From contig NC_081333.1 of NCBI RefSeq assembly GCF_022539665.2, positions 2,480,001 to 2,544,000 on the forward strand: a stretch of 64,000 bases of DNA. Direction: 5' to 3'. A program made the position numbers and the translations under genes. The notes under the pieces were generated by a model. That model had not been told where the DNA came from. It ran no database searches and saw only the letters and a list, made by a program, of their open reading frames with translations. The first letter of the stretch is position 1. Every line of letters begins with the position of its first letter. This DNA is from Daphnia carinata (Eukaryota). Below, piece after piece: positions 45,538 to 57,224 of the stretch.

Positions 45538-47586
45538 GAGGAACAATTGAAAAATGGATAAGATAATACAACAAAAGAATGGTAAGTATAAACATTATTA
45601 TATTGGTTTTCAATTATTAATTATTGTTTATTAGATCAAATTATGAAGCTGCAGGCCCAATTATTGGAACAACACAAAATATTAGATAACAGCAAAGCTA
45701 AGGATGGTAAGGCCTAGTACGTAATGATTCTATTTATTTGCTTTTATTCATTTGTGTTTTATAGCTCAAATTTTGAGTCTACAAGCTCAGCTAGGGGAAA
45801 AGAACAAATTGGAATGGAACAGTTTCCAAACAGTGAAGGAGGTTTTTCCAAACACATCCCAAACTGAACATGAGGATGAATTGGCATTAGGCGAGCACAG
45901 TCAGGTACCTAAACTTTTCAAATAAGAATTCAAAATAAGTATAGAATTTTAACAAACAATTATTTATTGTTTAGTTATTCAGTCTACCACCTGACAGTGT
46001 GTTAAAGTTAAATTCTGTTAGTGCTGCACTAAAAGAATTTTTAGTAATAAGTCCATGCAGCGAAGGAAGTGAACAATTGTGGGACCATATTTGGGCTGAA
46101 AATGGGTGTGGTACGGAAACCCAGAAATAGCACGAGTTCAACATAAAACATGAATTAGGTACTTTTCGGTTTTCTGTCTATCGAAAAAGTATTTTTAATG
46201 CTATTATTTTGCATTCACAGAATTTTAGTGGGGGATCAAGTCAAGTCTGGAAGTGTTACAGGATGGAAGAGTCAGCCTACAGTTGAAAACACACTGAGAG
46301 TGCATTACCATTAAGGTATGAGGTAAAGTAATAGAGTATGCACATTGTCTAATGAGAAGTACCATCTTGTGTGAATGAATCCTGTATAACAGCAATCCTT
46401 TATAGTTCTGTCACAGCTAGAAGCCTCAAATAATTCTGCTTCCCTTGCTAAAGAACAACTTGTCCTTTACGCTCAGAGTGTTGGTGAAGCTGGGTACTTA
46501 AATGGCCCTAAAGATGTTTCATTTCGTTGGCATTGCAGCGATGAACATCATACATGGACTTTTTAGGTATGAAAGGAATTTTCTTGAAAAATTTTTGAAT
46601 TTCTGACAAAGCATTTCTCCTGCCTTTTGCCAACCATGTCTAATCTAAAAAAAAATTTTATCCAATAGGAAAGGATTTTCAGCATACTGGGAACACAACT
46701 ATCAACAATGCAACATTCTAGGGGTGCTATTTTATCATTCAAGAGCCTTATACAATGATTTTCATCTGCAATTTGTATGGCCTTTCCCAAGCTTCTGCCA
46801 GAAGTTGAATCTATAAGTCATGTAAGTCACATGAGCAACAATTGAGATGCTTAATGGTGTTTTTTTTCTTTTCTCAGCATAGGTTAAAAGTAACATTGGA
46901 TCTGAAAAAATTCTTGGTTGGGGCAAGACACTGAATAAATTGTATTGATTGGATGGATGATATGACATTTCTATACTTAATTCGGATTCCCCAGACGGTA
47001 TTTGATATTAAAAAAATTGAAGTGCATATCTGGGCTCCCTTCTTTTCTGAAGCCCCGTTTCCCCTTGACTCGTAATAAGCCCGTAGGGGGTCATGCCCCT
47101 ACTGTACGGTATATATAAAAACAACATATACCGAGGTTTGGAGGGCTCTGGCCGGAAAGGGGACGTGGGGTGCCGCTTAGTCCGATGATGTGTTCACGGA
47201 GGGCGATGTGGCTACCCACAAATCCGAACTAAAGGTTAATCGCTCCTGTAAAAATGTTCCAAATCTTCAGCTCTTCTTCCGGCTTCTCTTAGCCAATCAC
47301 CGGGTAATCTCCCCGGTGGGTCAACAAGGCAGTGTCTCCCCCTGCCTGGGTTGACGGCAACTTTTGAAAGGGCGATTGGGCCTTTTTAAAGTTGCAAAAT
47401 CATTTATATGTGCAGAGTAAAGTCAATACAATTTATTTTTTTTAAACAAGAAAAGCAAAACTTGTCTTTTCAACTTTATTCTTACTGTGCGCTTTTTTTT
47501 CCACAGATGTAGCCACAATGTATGTATTAACCTTGGTTGTTGATACATACCTGAGACCCTTATTTGTTTTGATTGAGCTTTCAATT

Positions 47587-47659
47587 TTGACTCAATGGGG
47601 AATCGAACCCTGGATGTTTGGCATACCGCGCCGATGCTCTACCAACGAGCCATGAATCA
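47587..47659 (-). pseudogene. tRNA-like sequence 1 inside the TIR element
   Basis: TGATTCA/TGAGTCA acceptor stem, GCTC-GTTGGTA-GAGC D-arm, TCGGC-GCGGTAT-GCCAA anticodon arm (GGT, non-canonical loop) and a GGTTCGATTCC B-box. Confidence 0.75.
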
Positions 47660-47780
47660 TGTGACATCAAGTTGGCTTTTTTCTTGTCAATTACGGACTT
47701 ACATTTACACTTACACAGAAGAAAATTGAAATGTAATGTTGCAATATTCTTTTCTATAATTATTCTGCTCCATTTTTTAA

Positions 47781-47851
47781 ACATCAACTGAGGTTTGAAC
47801 CCAGGGTAACAAATATCGCAGCTTAACGCTCTACCACAGAGCTATAGTCCT
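47781..47851 (-). pseudogene. tRNA-like sequence 2 inside the TIR element
   Basis: TAGCTCTGTGGTAGAGC A-box/D-arm and CTGGG-TTCAAAC-CTCAG T-arm. Acceptor and anticodon stems are degenerate. Confidence 0.6.
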
Positions 47852-47947
47852 TATAAAACAAATAGACAGATAAACATATAGTTGTCAAAGACTGCATAAA
47901 CATCCTAGAGGATAACATATGAAATGCGATAATAAAACATTTAAATA

Positions 47948-48018
47948 TATCTCATGGCTCAATGCTAGAGCATCGGCGTTGCACGCTGAATGTCAGGGTA
48001 TCGGTTCCCATACGAGTA
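47948..48018 (+). pseudogene. tRNA-like sequence 3 inside the TIR element
   Basis: TCATGGCTCAATGCTAGAGCATCGGCG resembles copy 1. Anticodon arm TCGGC-GTTGCAC-GCTGA (TGC) and a degenerate T-loop. Confidence 0.6.
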
Positions 48019-50897
48019 AAATAAAATACAAATGCTTCAGAATTCAAAATTACTTCAGAAAATTTTCACACGTTGATCCTTGAGTCTAAGTTGAGGAATT
48101 CAAAGAGTGTAATAAATAATAATTGAGATACAGATAAACGATTAACCAACGGAAGCAATGCTTACCATCAAAGGTGGCAAAAACAATAAAGGTGAATTGA
48201 GCAAGCTAAATATAAAAAGTGTAATGTGTGAACACAGCGAATGCAGACAATGAAAGGAACAAATTTTGGAAAAAATATTTTATAAAAAAAATTTTATTGA
48301 CAATTCTCTGCACGTTAGAATTATTTTTGCAACTTTAAAAAGGCACAATCGCCCTTTCAAAAGTTGCCGTCAACCCAGGCAGGGGGAGACACTGCCTTGT
48401 TGACCCACCGGGGAGATTACCCGGTGATTGGCTAAGAGAAGCCGGAAGAAGAGCCGAAGATTTGGAACATTTTTACTGGAGCGATTAACCTTTAGTTCGG
48501 ATTTGTGGGTAACCACGTCGCCCTCCGTGAACACATCATCGGACTAAGCGGACCCCCACGTCCCCTTTCCGGCCAGAGCCCTCCAAACCTCGGTATATGT
48601 TATTTTTATATATACCGTACAGTAGGGGCATGACCCCCTACGGGCTTATTACGAGTCAAGGGGAAACGGGGCTACGGAAAGGAAGGGAGCCCAGATATGC
48701 ACTTCAATTTTTTAATAATTAATACCGTAATACGCGGGAATACACAGGCGACTGATGGAGGGAAATTCAATTCTGTACTTCAAATTATTATAACTTTTCG
48801 TCATCGCATCCCAACCAGAAACCTTCGCAGGTTCACTATTGCTATTAATCTAAATTAAGAAAATAAAACATAGATAAGCATAAGACGTTCTTATTAATAT
48901 CGCTTACATGGTACTTAAATTCATCATCTGCCATATTCCTGTAGATTCCTGGCAGGAGCTTCTAAAAGGCTATGCAGTTGCAAATGATCACCATAGCCAA
49001 AACTTGAATACGAAAGTTTGGAAGAACCCTTCGTGTTGGACACAGAGATCTTCCATGGGCTTTCCGGTTGGACGTTCCATGCACCATAAAAAACAGATAG
49101 GTTACAAAAGTTGGTTGTTTTGATCACTAAACGTTAAGGTAAACAATGTACCTGGTCTCGGTAGTCTTGACAACAATTTCCATTATAACATCATATCACC
49201 TGATTTTATGGAAAAAGAATTTCGTAGGCGACAGTTCAGAATAGAAATGGTTGCACTCTAATCTATTGACAGGTGAGGATTAAGGAATGTCGCCTTAGGG
49301 AGTGCCAACCGCAATTTTCAGAACTATTAAATGCTTGTTAGCCATTGAAAGATAGCTGGCTGACGCAGACAATCGTTTGGGACATGATTAATGAGCTGCT
49401 TCGTGGATAAAGCTCGTTTTTTTTAGTCCTCTCCAGGATGACATGAATTCCAGCATGTTCTACACATGTCTCAGCACTTAGCGATACACCAATTAAAACA
49501 ATTTAAAAATTTAAAATAGTACCACCTATTAATGTTTTTGACTCCATGATTCATCTTCATTGCAATTGTGAAGGCAAGACGACTGACCTATGGTGATCTA
49601 TTCATCGCACTTGCCATAACCGTTTTCCCAATGTATCAGCTTTTCTGTCAACAGTAGTTTACTAATACAACATTGGCGATTAAAATTAGAAAACTAAACA
49701 AACTCAGCAGAAAAGCATTACCAGGGAGTAATATCTCGCATGTTGACGAAGAATCCTCGGTTTATCATGTACATGGCAGAATATCCACATTGCCTGGATG
49801 GCGCAATCCTTTGTGTAATCACACAAATAGTAACTAAAACATATTGAATTGAAACAAAATTTAAATGAAGTTTTACCCAACAGCCGGCTGCACCTCTGAA
49901 TTCCAAAACTACGTCTACACATTCATATCAAGCTTTTCCAGCATGTCTCACCTTTGGCATTTGTTTAAATCATTCCTTCAAAAATTTTTAATAAATGTAC
50001 ATAAAGTAAACAATTGATATTTATGTGACGTTGGAGTACCATTTGGCTGTCAAGCATTCCATACAAGATAGGCATTTTGAAGAATCAGTGGCAGCAATCA
50101 AGTGCTACAATTTGAATATGGGCTAGGTGTTATAGTCACTGAGGGCTCTCAGTCCCTAAACTGAACCTTGCTCACTGATGTGACAATCTATAAAAGGATA
50201 TAAATCTTAATTAATGAGACATGCAGGATACTGTATAAAATTATAGTAAAGATGGTACCAAATGCTGGGTTACTAGAAATTTTGCCTGGGAAATCTCCAA
50301 CTGACCATGTGAAACTAAGTCAGCTGTACTGCATTTGCAATTCCAGTGTTCAAGTAACCATATCCAATCCATGTCTGAAGGAATGAATGAGAAAATTAAA
50401 TAGGAATCTGGCCGCTAGATGGCCATAGCTGTAAAAAAGAAAAAAAGGGCCAATTTTTTTTTTTTGGGTAAAACGGATTGCCATAACAGGATCTGGATAC
50501 GAAATTTAATAAGGCTATTAAAAAATCTATTTTCTCTTGCCACTGAATTTATAGTTTAGAAGTTATTTAAATTCAAAATTCTTACAATAAAACGACTTCT
50601 ATGCTGTTACATTCACGATCCGCTTAATTGAGATAACCAATATTTTATTCGGAATCACCGTTTAATTTTGTCACAGAAAGAGGGTTTTATCGAATTCCAA
50701 GCCAAAATTTAAAGCCCAAGTTTTTATAGAAAAAGTCTGGCTTAAAATCGGATTTTTTTCTCGTTCCTAAAATTACTTTTGAGTAACATCGTCTAATATT
50801 TTTTTTTTACATTAAGAAAACTATATGAAAATAGAAGACTTACTTAAGCAGAAAAATGTAAAATATTTTATTAGAAGAGCAACGCCAAAGATGCGGA

Positions 50898-53800
50898 TCA
50901 GACAGGAATGGGCAAAGCCTCTGCTACTAACAGAAGAATATCTTCAGTTTTTGCTCTCCAATTCTGAGGGCTTTTTGAAATAGTTGTCCAAACTTCACCG
51001 TGTCTTGGCTCGGCCTGAACGCAACGCTTTTTAACATCATTCTGCTCTTCTGCTGTCCCATGAAGCAGTTCAAACTTATAGAAATAACCCCATGCGTCTC
51101 CGAAATCTGGATCAATTTTGACTGCTCGATTAAACCATTCACGGCATTTTTGCGTTTTTCTTTCTGTCCAGAAGAGTTTAGAGACAGCCAACAGAACATG
51201 TGGATCATGTTCACATTTTTTAAGCGCGTCGACACTCTTGGTCTTGCGTTGAGGCCGGTCGACAATGAAGATAGTCTCAGCCCATAACAGGCCGGAGGTA
51301 GGACAATCTTGCAATGCTTTCGCCATCATGGCTGAGGCAATATCCTTTAGACCGGTCTTCCACTCCAATCGGATGGCTTCTAGCCAGAGCTGTTGGTTTT
51401 GCGGGTTCTTCTGGCGAGCCTTCTCTAAAACAGATCGTGCCCTAGTCATGTTTCCCTGACTTTCATCGAGTCGGGCTAACAAAAGCCAAAGTGGAACGCT
51501 GGTGGGACACTTTTTAGTACCTAGGCTATAGCTTTCACGAGCCAAGGTCATATGCTGTTGTAACCCGTGGATCTGGCCTTGCATCATGTAGAATTTTGGA
51601 TAATCGGGAAACTGTTCGATGGCTGTCTGAAGCTGTTTCAGAGCTTCTTCCAGGTCACCAAGATGCCATTCAAGTTTGGCTGACTTCATAAGCACACGAG
51701 GAGTAGGTGCCGAGTTTCGAGCTTTCGCCAACAACTTTCGCGCTCGCTCGTATTCCCAGTTTTCAGATTCAAGCTTCACGGCAGCCAACCAAATTTCTTC
51801 CGAGTTGGGATTTGCCTGAAAAGCCAATGACAAGATGGAACGCGCTGCCGGAACGTCCCCTACAAAACCGTAACACATTAAATCCATGTTAAATTTAAAG
51901 CCGTAAATAGGCATGTTTACCTGCCAACCACTTCGACTTAGCACCCATAAGCCAGAGTACTTCAGCTTGGGGACAGTGGGCTACAGCACGTTGAAGCAAT
52001 GATTCTAAAGAATCTCTTGTTCCATGCTGTCGCTCAAAATGGGCTGCTCGAAGCCAGATAGATTTTTTAGCAGGGAAAATTTCTAAAGCATGGGAATAAA
52101 CGGCACGCGAACACTCGAACGCGCCCTGTAAGTCGACAAATACACGATAAATCAATCATTCAGTTCATACTGTATATGCACAATGAATACGTGAACGAAC
52201 GGAAATAAATTCATAATAGACCAATAAATAGAAAGAAATTAAATTTAAAAAAAAACACAAAAAATATAATAATAATTTTAAAAAAAACGCCCTCCACTGA
52301 TCAGGATCAATACAGGCAGTCACGATTTGGGTTCAACCCAGAAGACCGATCAGCACAAAATCGACTCGGTCAACGAAGGGACGAACTCTAGATATAAATT
52401 TAAAAAATTTACCTGAGATGTGAAATTATCAGCGTCTTCCAGCCAACTATGTTTACGGTCTTCGTCTTCGACTCCAGTGCCAATGACAAACTTGATGATA
52501 GCTTGGCAAGTGAGTACAGCTCCGGATTTTTCAGCATCAACAGCTTCTTTTAGCCAGTGTTCTCGATTGATTTCCACTCCGTTGGCCGCCAGAGAATTGA
52601 TCGATCTGTCAATAATTTTCTCAACCATCGCGTTATTCCCCTGAGCCTCCTCAAGTTTGGCGGCTGTGATCCAGATTTGGCGATCTGTTGGGATATTCTC
52701 GCGAGCTTTGTTCAATACCTTCCGGGCATTCTCATAAGTCTCCAATCGAGCAAGGGCAAGCCACAGCTCAACACTCGTCGGGCAACATTCAACGGCTCGA
52801 GAAAGAAGAATTTTGGCATCTTCTGGTTCTTCTAATTCAACAGCAGCTTTCCATAAGCGAACTGAGTTAGGAATGTGTTCTAACGCTTTCCTGCATAAAT
52901 AAAAAGTTCTTTTAATGCAACAAAGAACAAACAAAAATAAGTAAAACATTAGAAGATTACGACACCTAAATACACGTTTTTTGGCTTTCATATCCTGCTC
53001 TAGTTCTGACGCTTTGATCCAAAGTTTGACTGAATTAACTAAATGATTTACGGCTTGTGCTATCACATTCTTTGCCGTGTCAACAGGAACAAGGCGGGCT
53101 GCTTCCAGCCATAGATCTTCTGAATGTGGACAAGTTTCGCAGCCTCGTAGAATCAAGTTACGAGCTGCCTGAAGCTTTCCTGTATAATTATTTATATTAA
53201 CGTAACGTTCGTCGATACAGTTTTCAATACAAATTACCAGTCACTTCTTCGAGACGTGCAGAAGCAATCCATGCAGGAGGATGATTAGGGTTTGTTTCTC
53301 TGACTGACTTGAGCAGCAGTCGAGCCTTTTTAATGTCGTTAATATCACCCCCGTAAGTAGGAATCATGGATTGCAAGTCCGTTAGATAACCTTTAGGATC
53401 AACAACTGTTTGACCCGAGACAGAATCCGAGACTTGATTAAGCTTAATGTCCATCAACGTGTTACGGGCCTGGCCAATTTTGCGCAAATCTAAATCGCCA
53501 GTCGGAGTGAGCATGCCGGGGAACGCTGATGCTAGCCCACTCTTAGGATCAATCGAAGTGGACGATTCTCCTCCCAAGTTTCGAGTCAAAACTGAATCTG
53601 GAAGTGGAGTGAATTTTTCACGTCGTCCTGCTAAACGCTGTTTCCTGTTTCTCGCGTCTCCCACTTCAGGAATGTTTTTCCACTCATCTTCTGACACCTA
53701 AAGAGATTAATATTATTGTGAGGAATAATGTGAGTTCAACAAACAAATAACATATACATACAGCACACAGTTCTCTTTTCAGGTCACTGAACTGTTGTTG

Positions 53801-54287
53801 AATTTTTGGTCTTTCCTGACGATACTTTTCAATTTCTTCTTTCAACCTCTTCTCTCTGTATTCTCTTCTTTTTTCATCCATACGTTCATCAATAGCTTCA
53901 TAAACTGCATCAGCTTCTTCATCATCTTTATCATAAGGATCCTTGTTGAAAAGAGAGCCTCCATAGCCTGCAAACTCATCATAGTTTGCATCATTAAGGT
54001 CTTCTTCAAGATCTTCATCATCATCTTTTTTCCGTTTAGCTGGTGCTGGATGTCGGTCATCTGGTACATCATTAGCATCTCTTGCTGGACCAATATCTGA
54101 CCGTGTAGTGAAGCCTGTAGCACTAAGAGTTGGGCAATAATATTTTGTTTAGATCTTTCAGAATCAACCTAAATTCTAAGACTTACCCTCTGCCAACACC
54201 GGCAACATATCCTTGGGGTGCTGGTTGACCAAGAAAATTTTTCCGTTTGGGATTCACGATTGGAGGTGGTGGTAACTTAGATGCCAT
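50898..54287 (-). CDS. PRPF6: Pre-mRNA processing factor 6 (U5 102 kDa), multi-exon
   Basis: [87 protein letters not shown] repeats and AEPRHGEVW. Confidence 0.98.
52289..52382 (-). other. GC-rich long hairpin within the 287-nt PRPF6 intron (52126-52412)
   Basis: On the sense strand CCCTTCGTTGA pairs with TCAGTGGAGGG and GTCGAT with ATTGAT, capped by TGGGT-TGA-ACCCA. The flanks are AT-rich. Confidence 0.55.
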
Positions 54288-55201
54288 AGTAATGTTCTGT
54301 TATAAAGCACTTATCGGCAGCAGAACTTTATTTAGCCAAATAAATAAGCAACACTACTTTATTCAGGCAAATTATACTACTGCAGCTCACTAGCCAGCTA
54401 GTGTTTTCGACTTTTCGCAATGTGCGTTGAGTGTCGATCGTACGTTGCCAAGTTTAATAAATTCACTTTCTTCAACCAGGGTGGATAACTGGATATTATA
54501 TCCTATTGTTATACATTTTAAACTCTGCTTTAACCTTCCTATTCTTCAAGAAGTTTGCCGGTATTCGTCTCTTAAGAATGTTCAAAATCAGGGTTCATAA
54601 TCTTCCGGTTTCACCAAACGAAACGCCAACAAACAAACTTAGCAAAATTATCAGCTTGCAATGGTAAAAATAGAAATCGAATTAAAATCTAGGCTTCATG
54701 CAAAGTCAGTTCGGCCTTAATGAAATAGGACGGGTTAGTCTCTTATGGTTCAATAAAAAATTTGGTAGACTTCTCGAAATCATTTCTTGTAAATTAACGA
54801 ATTTCAAGAACGTATTCAAATGTTGGAAGTTCCCATCGGTGTTTGGTAACGGATTGCTGGGTTATAGCCTAATGCTTGTCGGCTATTCCTATTGCCAAGC
54901 AAGAAAAGACATTTCAATGAGTAAGTTCCGCATTCAGGCGGTATTGCAAAAATTCATTTGATTTCCTACTGTTGGAATCCCAACACTGTTTGACAGTGTT
55001 GAAATTAAAACTATATCTAAAACTTTTAAGGTACTTACCAACCTGTCCAACATAACATTAAGTGCTTAACTTTTGAAAATTTAAAAAGTTGTTCCTAAAT
55101 TGCCCTAAAATAAGTTACAGAAAAGAAATATAGGAATTCATTAGTCTAATAAATGACATACATATATTTTTAAAAGGTGTTCGTATGAGCTAGGACAAGC
55201 T

Positions 55202-56519
55202 CTATTTCTTCCCAAAAAAGGATGCTATACTTTTTGATCCTTTTGCCGCACTGGCTAATGCTTTTGATTTTGCCGATACCTGAAGTTTTTCCTATGTATA
55301 TAAGAGTAACGCAAACTTACTGAAACTAAAAATATGGAAACATTTCATCCATATTCCTACAGACCTTGGCAAGTGGTTTTTGATCTTTACTGTAATCTTC
55401 CAATGGTTCTTGATTCGATATGCCAGCAATTTTTTGTCGTTTAGCTGGAGGCTCATTAGTTTCCTCATCCTTTACCGATTTCGGGACTACTGGCAGATTA
55501 AGGTGTTTTTCCAAAGCTACCGTCAGTTCGTCAGAGAGATATTCGGTTACCAACCCAAATGCGTATCGCATAAACGAACCTGAAACAGTGAAAACAAAGA
55601 TCATGAAGAATTGAAAAAAAAAAAAAAAAAAAATTTTACAAATATTACTCTCGGGGACATTCGTTGCAGCAGCTTTGACATAGTTAGCGGAAACCGTAGA
55701 ATGAGTTACATTAAAGCTGCTATCTTTCAGATGTTGACTTATACGCGAGACCTTTTTTTCTAGCCAATTTAGGGTTTTTTGCTCATTGTATTTCCAGGCT
55801 TGGAAAGCTCCTGATTGTTTACAGTCAGCTATCTTTTCAAGATCTTGCATTTTACAACATGTGGTTAACTTCTTAGTATCTGCATATTCATCATCAACAA
55901 GCAGTTGATCTATTGGGCTTGCGAATTTTGCCTTATAAACCAATTAACACATTTTATTACTTTTTAAAATTGAAGGTTATACTTAATACTTTGCATAAAT
56001 ATGGCAGGATAAGGAATAATGGGTCTATACTGGTTGTGAGGAACAAAGATCCATCTGATTGAACTGAGTTGTCAACAAACCACGATCTTTCACGGTTTCA
56101 TAGTTAAATAAGAAAAATGGTTTTTATTTTGTTTAAATTTTTTTCAACAGAACTCTTATGGTCTATTATACCTTTTGGGTTCATCAAACTGATTAATTTC
56201 ATAGATTTTAGTATAGTGGTGGGAAAAGGCATACAGAGTTCCTGAGTCTGTTTTTGGATTTCGTAGGTTGACAATTACAATATCTGAATTATTATCATTT
56301 AACATGACATCTTTTTCAAAGAAAATCATTAGTTCCATGAAACATTTGAATTCAAACCAAATTACCTGGAACAATCATTATGCATTGCGATTGTGGATGG
56401 TAAACCTTGCATTCAGAAGCAATTTTTCCTTTGCTTTTGTTTTCATCTTCCTTTTCTGGCGATGAACTAACGTCTACTGCGTTTTCTTGTGCAGAAGTCT
56501 TTCTAGTCACTCTTGGCAT
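55202..56519 (-). CDS. RNASEH2B: Ribonuclease H2 subunit B, multi-exon
   Basis: LRNPKT, EPKRSWFVDNSVQSDGSLFLTTSIDPLFLILPYL, YNEQKTLNWLEKKV, YAFGLVTEYL, EPLEDYSK and a C-terminal PIP-box-like KSIASFFGKK*. Confidence 0.93.
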
Positions 56520-57224
56520 GATGAAAAACAAACGATTAAGGAATAGTTTTACGACTTCGCACGTTGGGAGCTGGCAGCGTAGACTAATAACATGCTTTTG
56601 TTTGATTTCGCGGTCTCCGAAACTTTGATTTACACCATTGATTTGAAATTGGGTGCTGCTCTAATGCAAAACACAACCGGGTTCGGAAACGTTGATCGGG
56701 TCATTTTTTTACCCGAATTTGTGGGTTATCTTAATTGATGGCATGCGGGTTTCTCGGTGCATGTTGCAGGCTAATTTTTTCTTTCTTTTTTTTTTTACCC
56801 GATCTCTTAACGGCGTTTACCTGCGCCAAGAAGGATCGCATAGAAAGCGGCGGAAATCGGATTTAGAACTGGGAACAGAGAATGCTGATTCCTCACCCAT
56901 TCGAAATGAAACCCGGGTGGGTTAAAGGCCACAAAAGAAATGGCCCATAGCCTACCCAACCCAAAAACAAAGTTTTCGACACCCAGTCACCAACTCAAAC
57001 ATAAAAATCAACAAATTAAATTAACCATTTGACACGGCGCCGAGCCCTACATGTCATTGTACAATCAAAATATAATTGGTACACAAAGCTTAGAAAAAAC
57101 AACAGCTTGACAAAAATGTTTAAAGACTTTCCAAACAAAGGTTGAATAAATCATATAAAGGTGAATGAGAGTATCAATATAGAATCCACCATAATAAAAT
57201 TGTGAATTTTTAACACTGCAAGCA

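Larger units (their letters stand above)
46997..48726. mobile_element. Non-autonomous foldback/long-TIR element (about 420 bp arms) with tRNA-like core
   Basis: 46997-~47417 is the reverse complement of ~48307-48726, with roughly a dozen substitutions counted by eye in the core of the arms. No transposase ORF is present. Confidence 0.9.
45307..50482. mobile_element. Decayed DNA transposon bounded by about 100 bp imperfect inverted repeats, with Kolobok-like coding remnants
   Basis: TATGGCAATCCGTTTTAC-(A)n-..-GCCATCTA.CG..CAGA at 45304-45415 is inverted at about 50400-50485. The interior has broken frames with WKSQP and WHCSDEHHTW on + and CC, CxxHxG and RxxIPAxxVWGIR on -. Superfamily assignment is tentative. 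Confidence 0.6.

Noticed and set aside
54970..55001. Two overlapping short palindromes
   Set aside because: Stems are short and there is no associated element end or gene context.
56650..56990. ACCCG/CGGGT-rich segment upstream of RNASEH2B
   Set aside because: Suggests MITE subterminal repeats, but the terminal match is only about 6 bp with no TSD.
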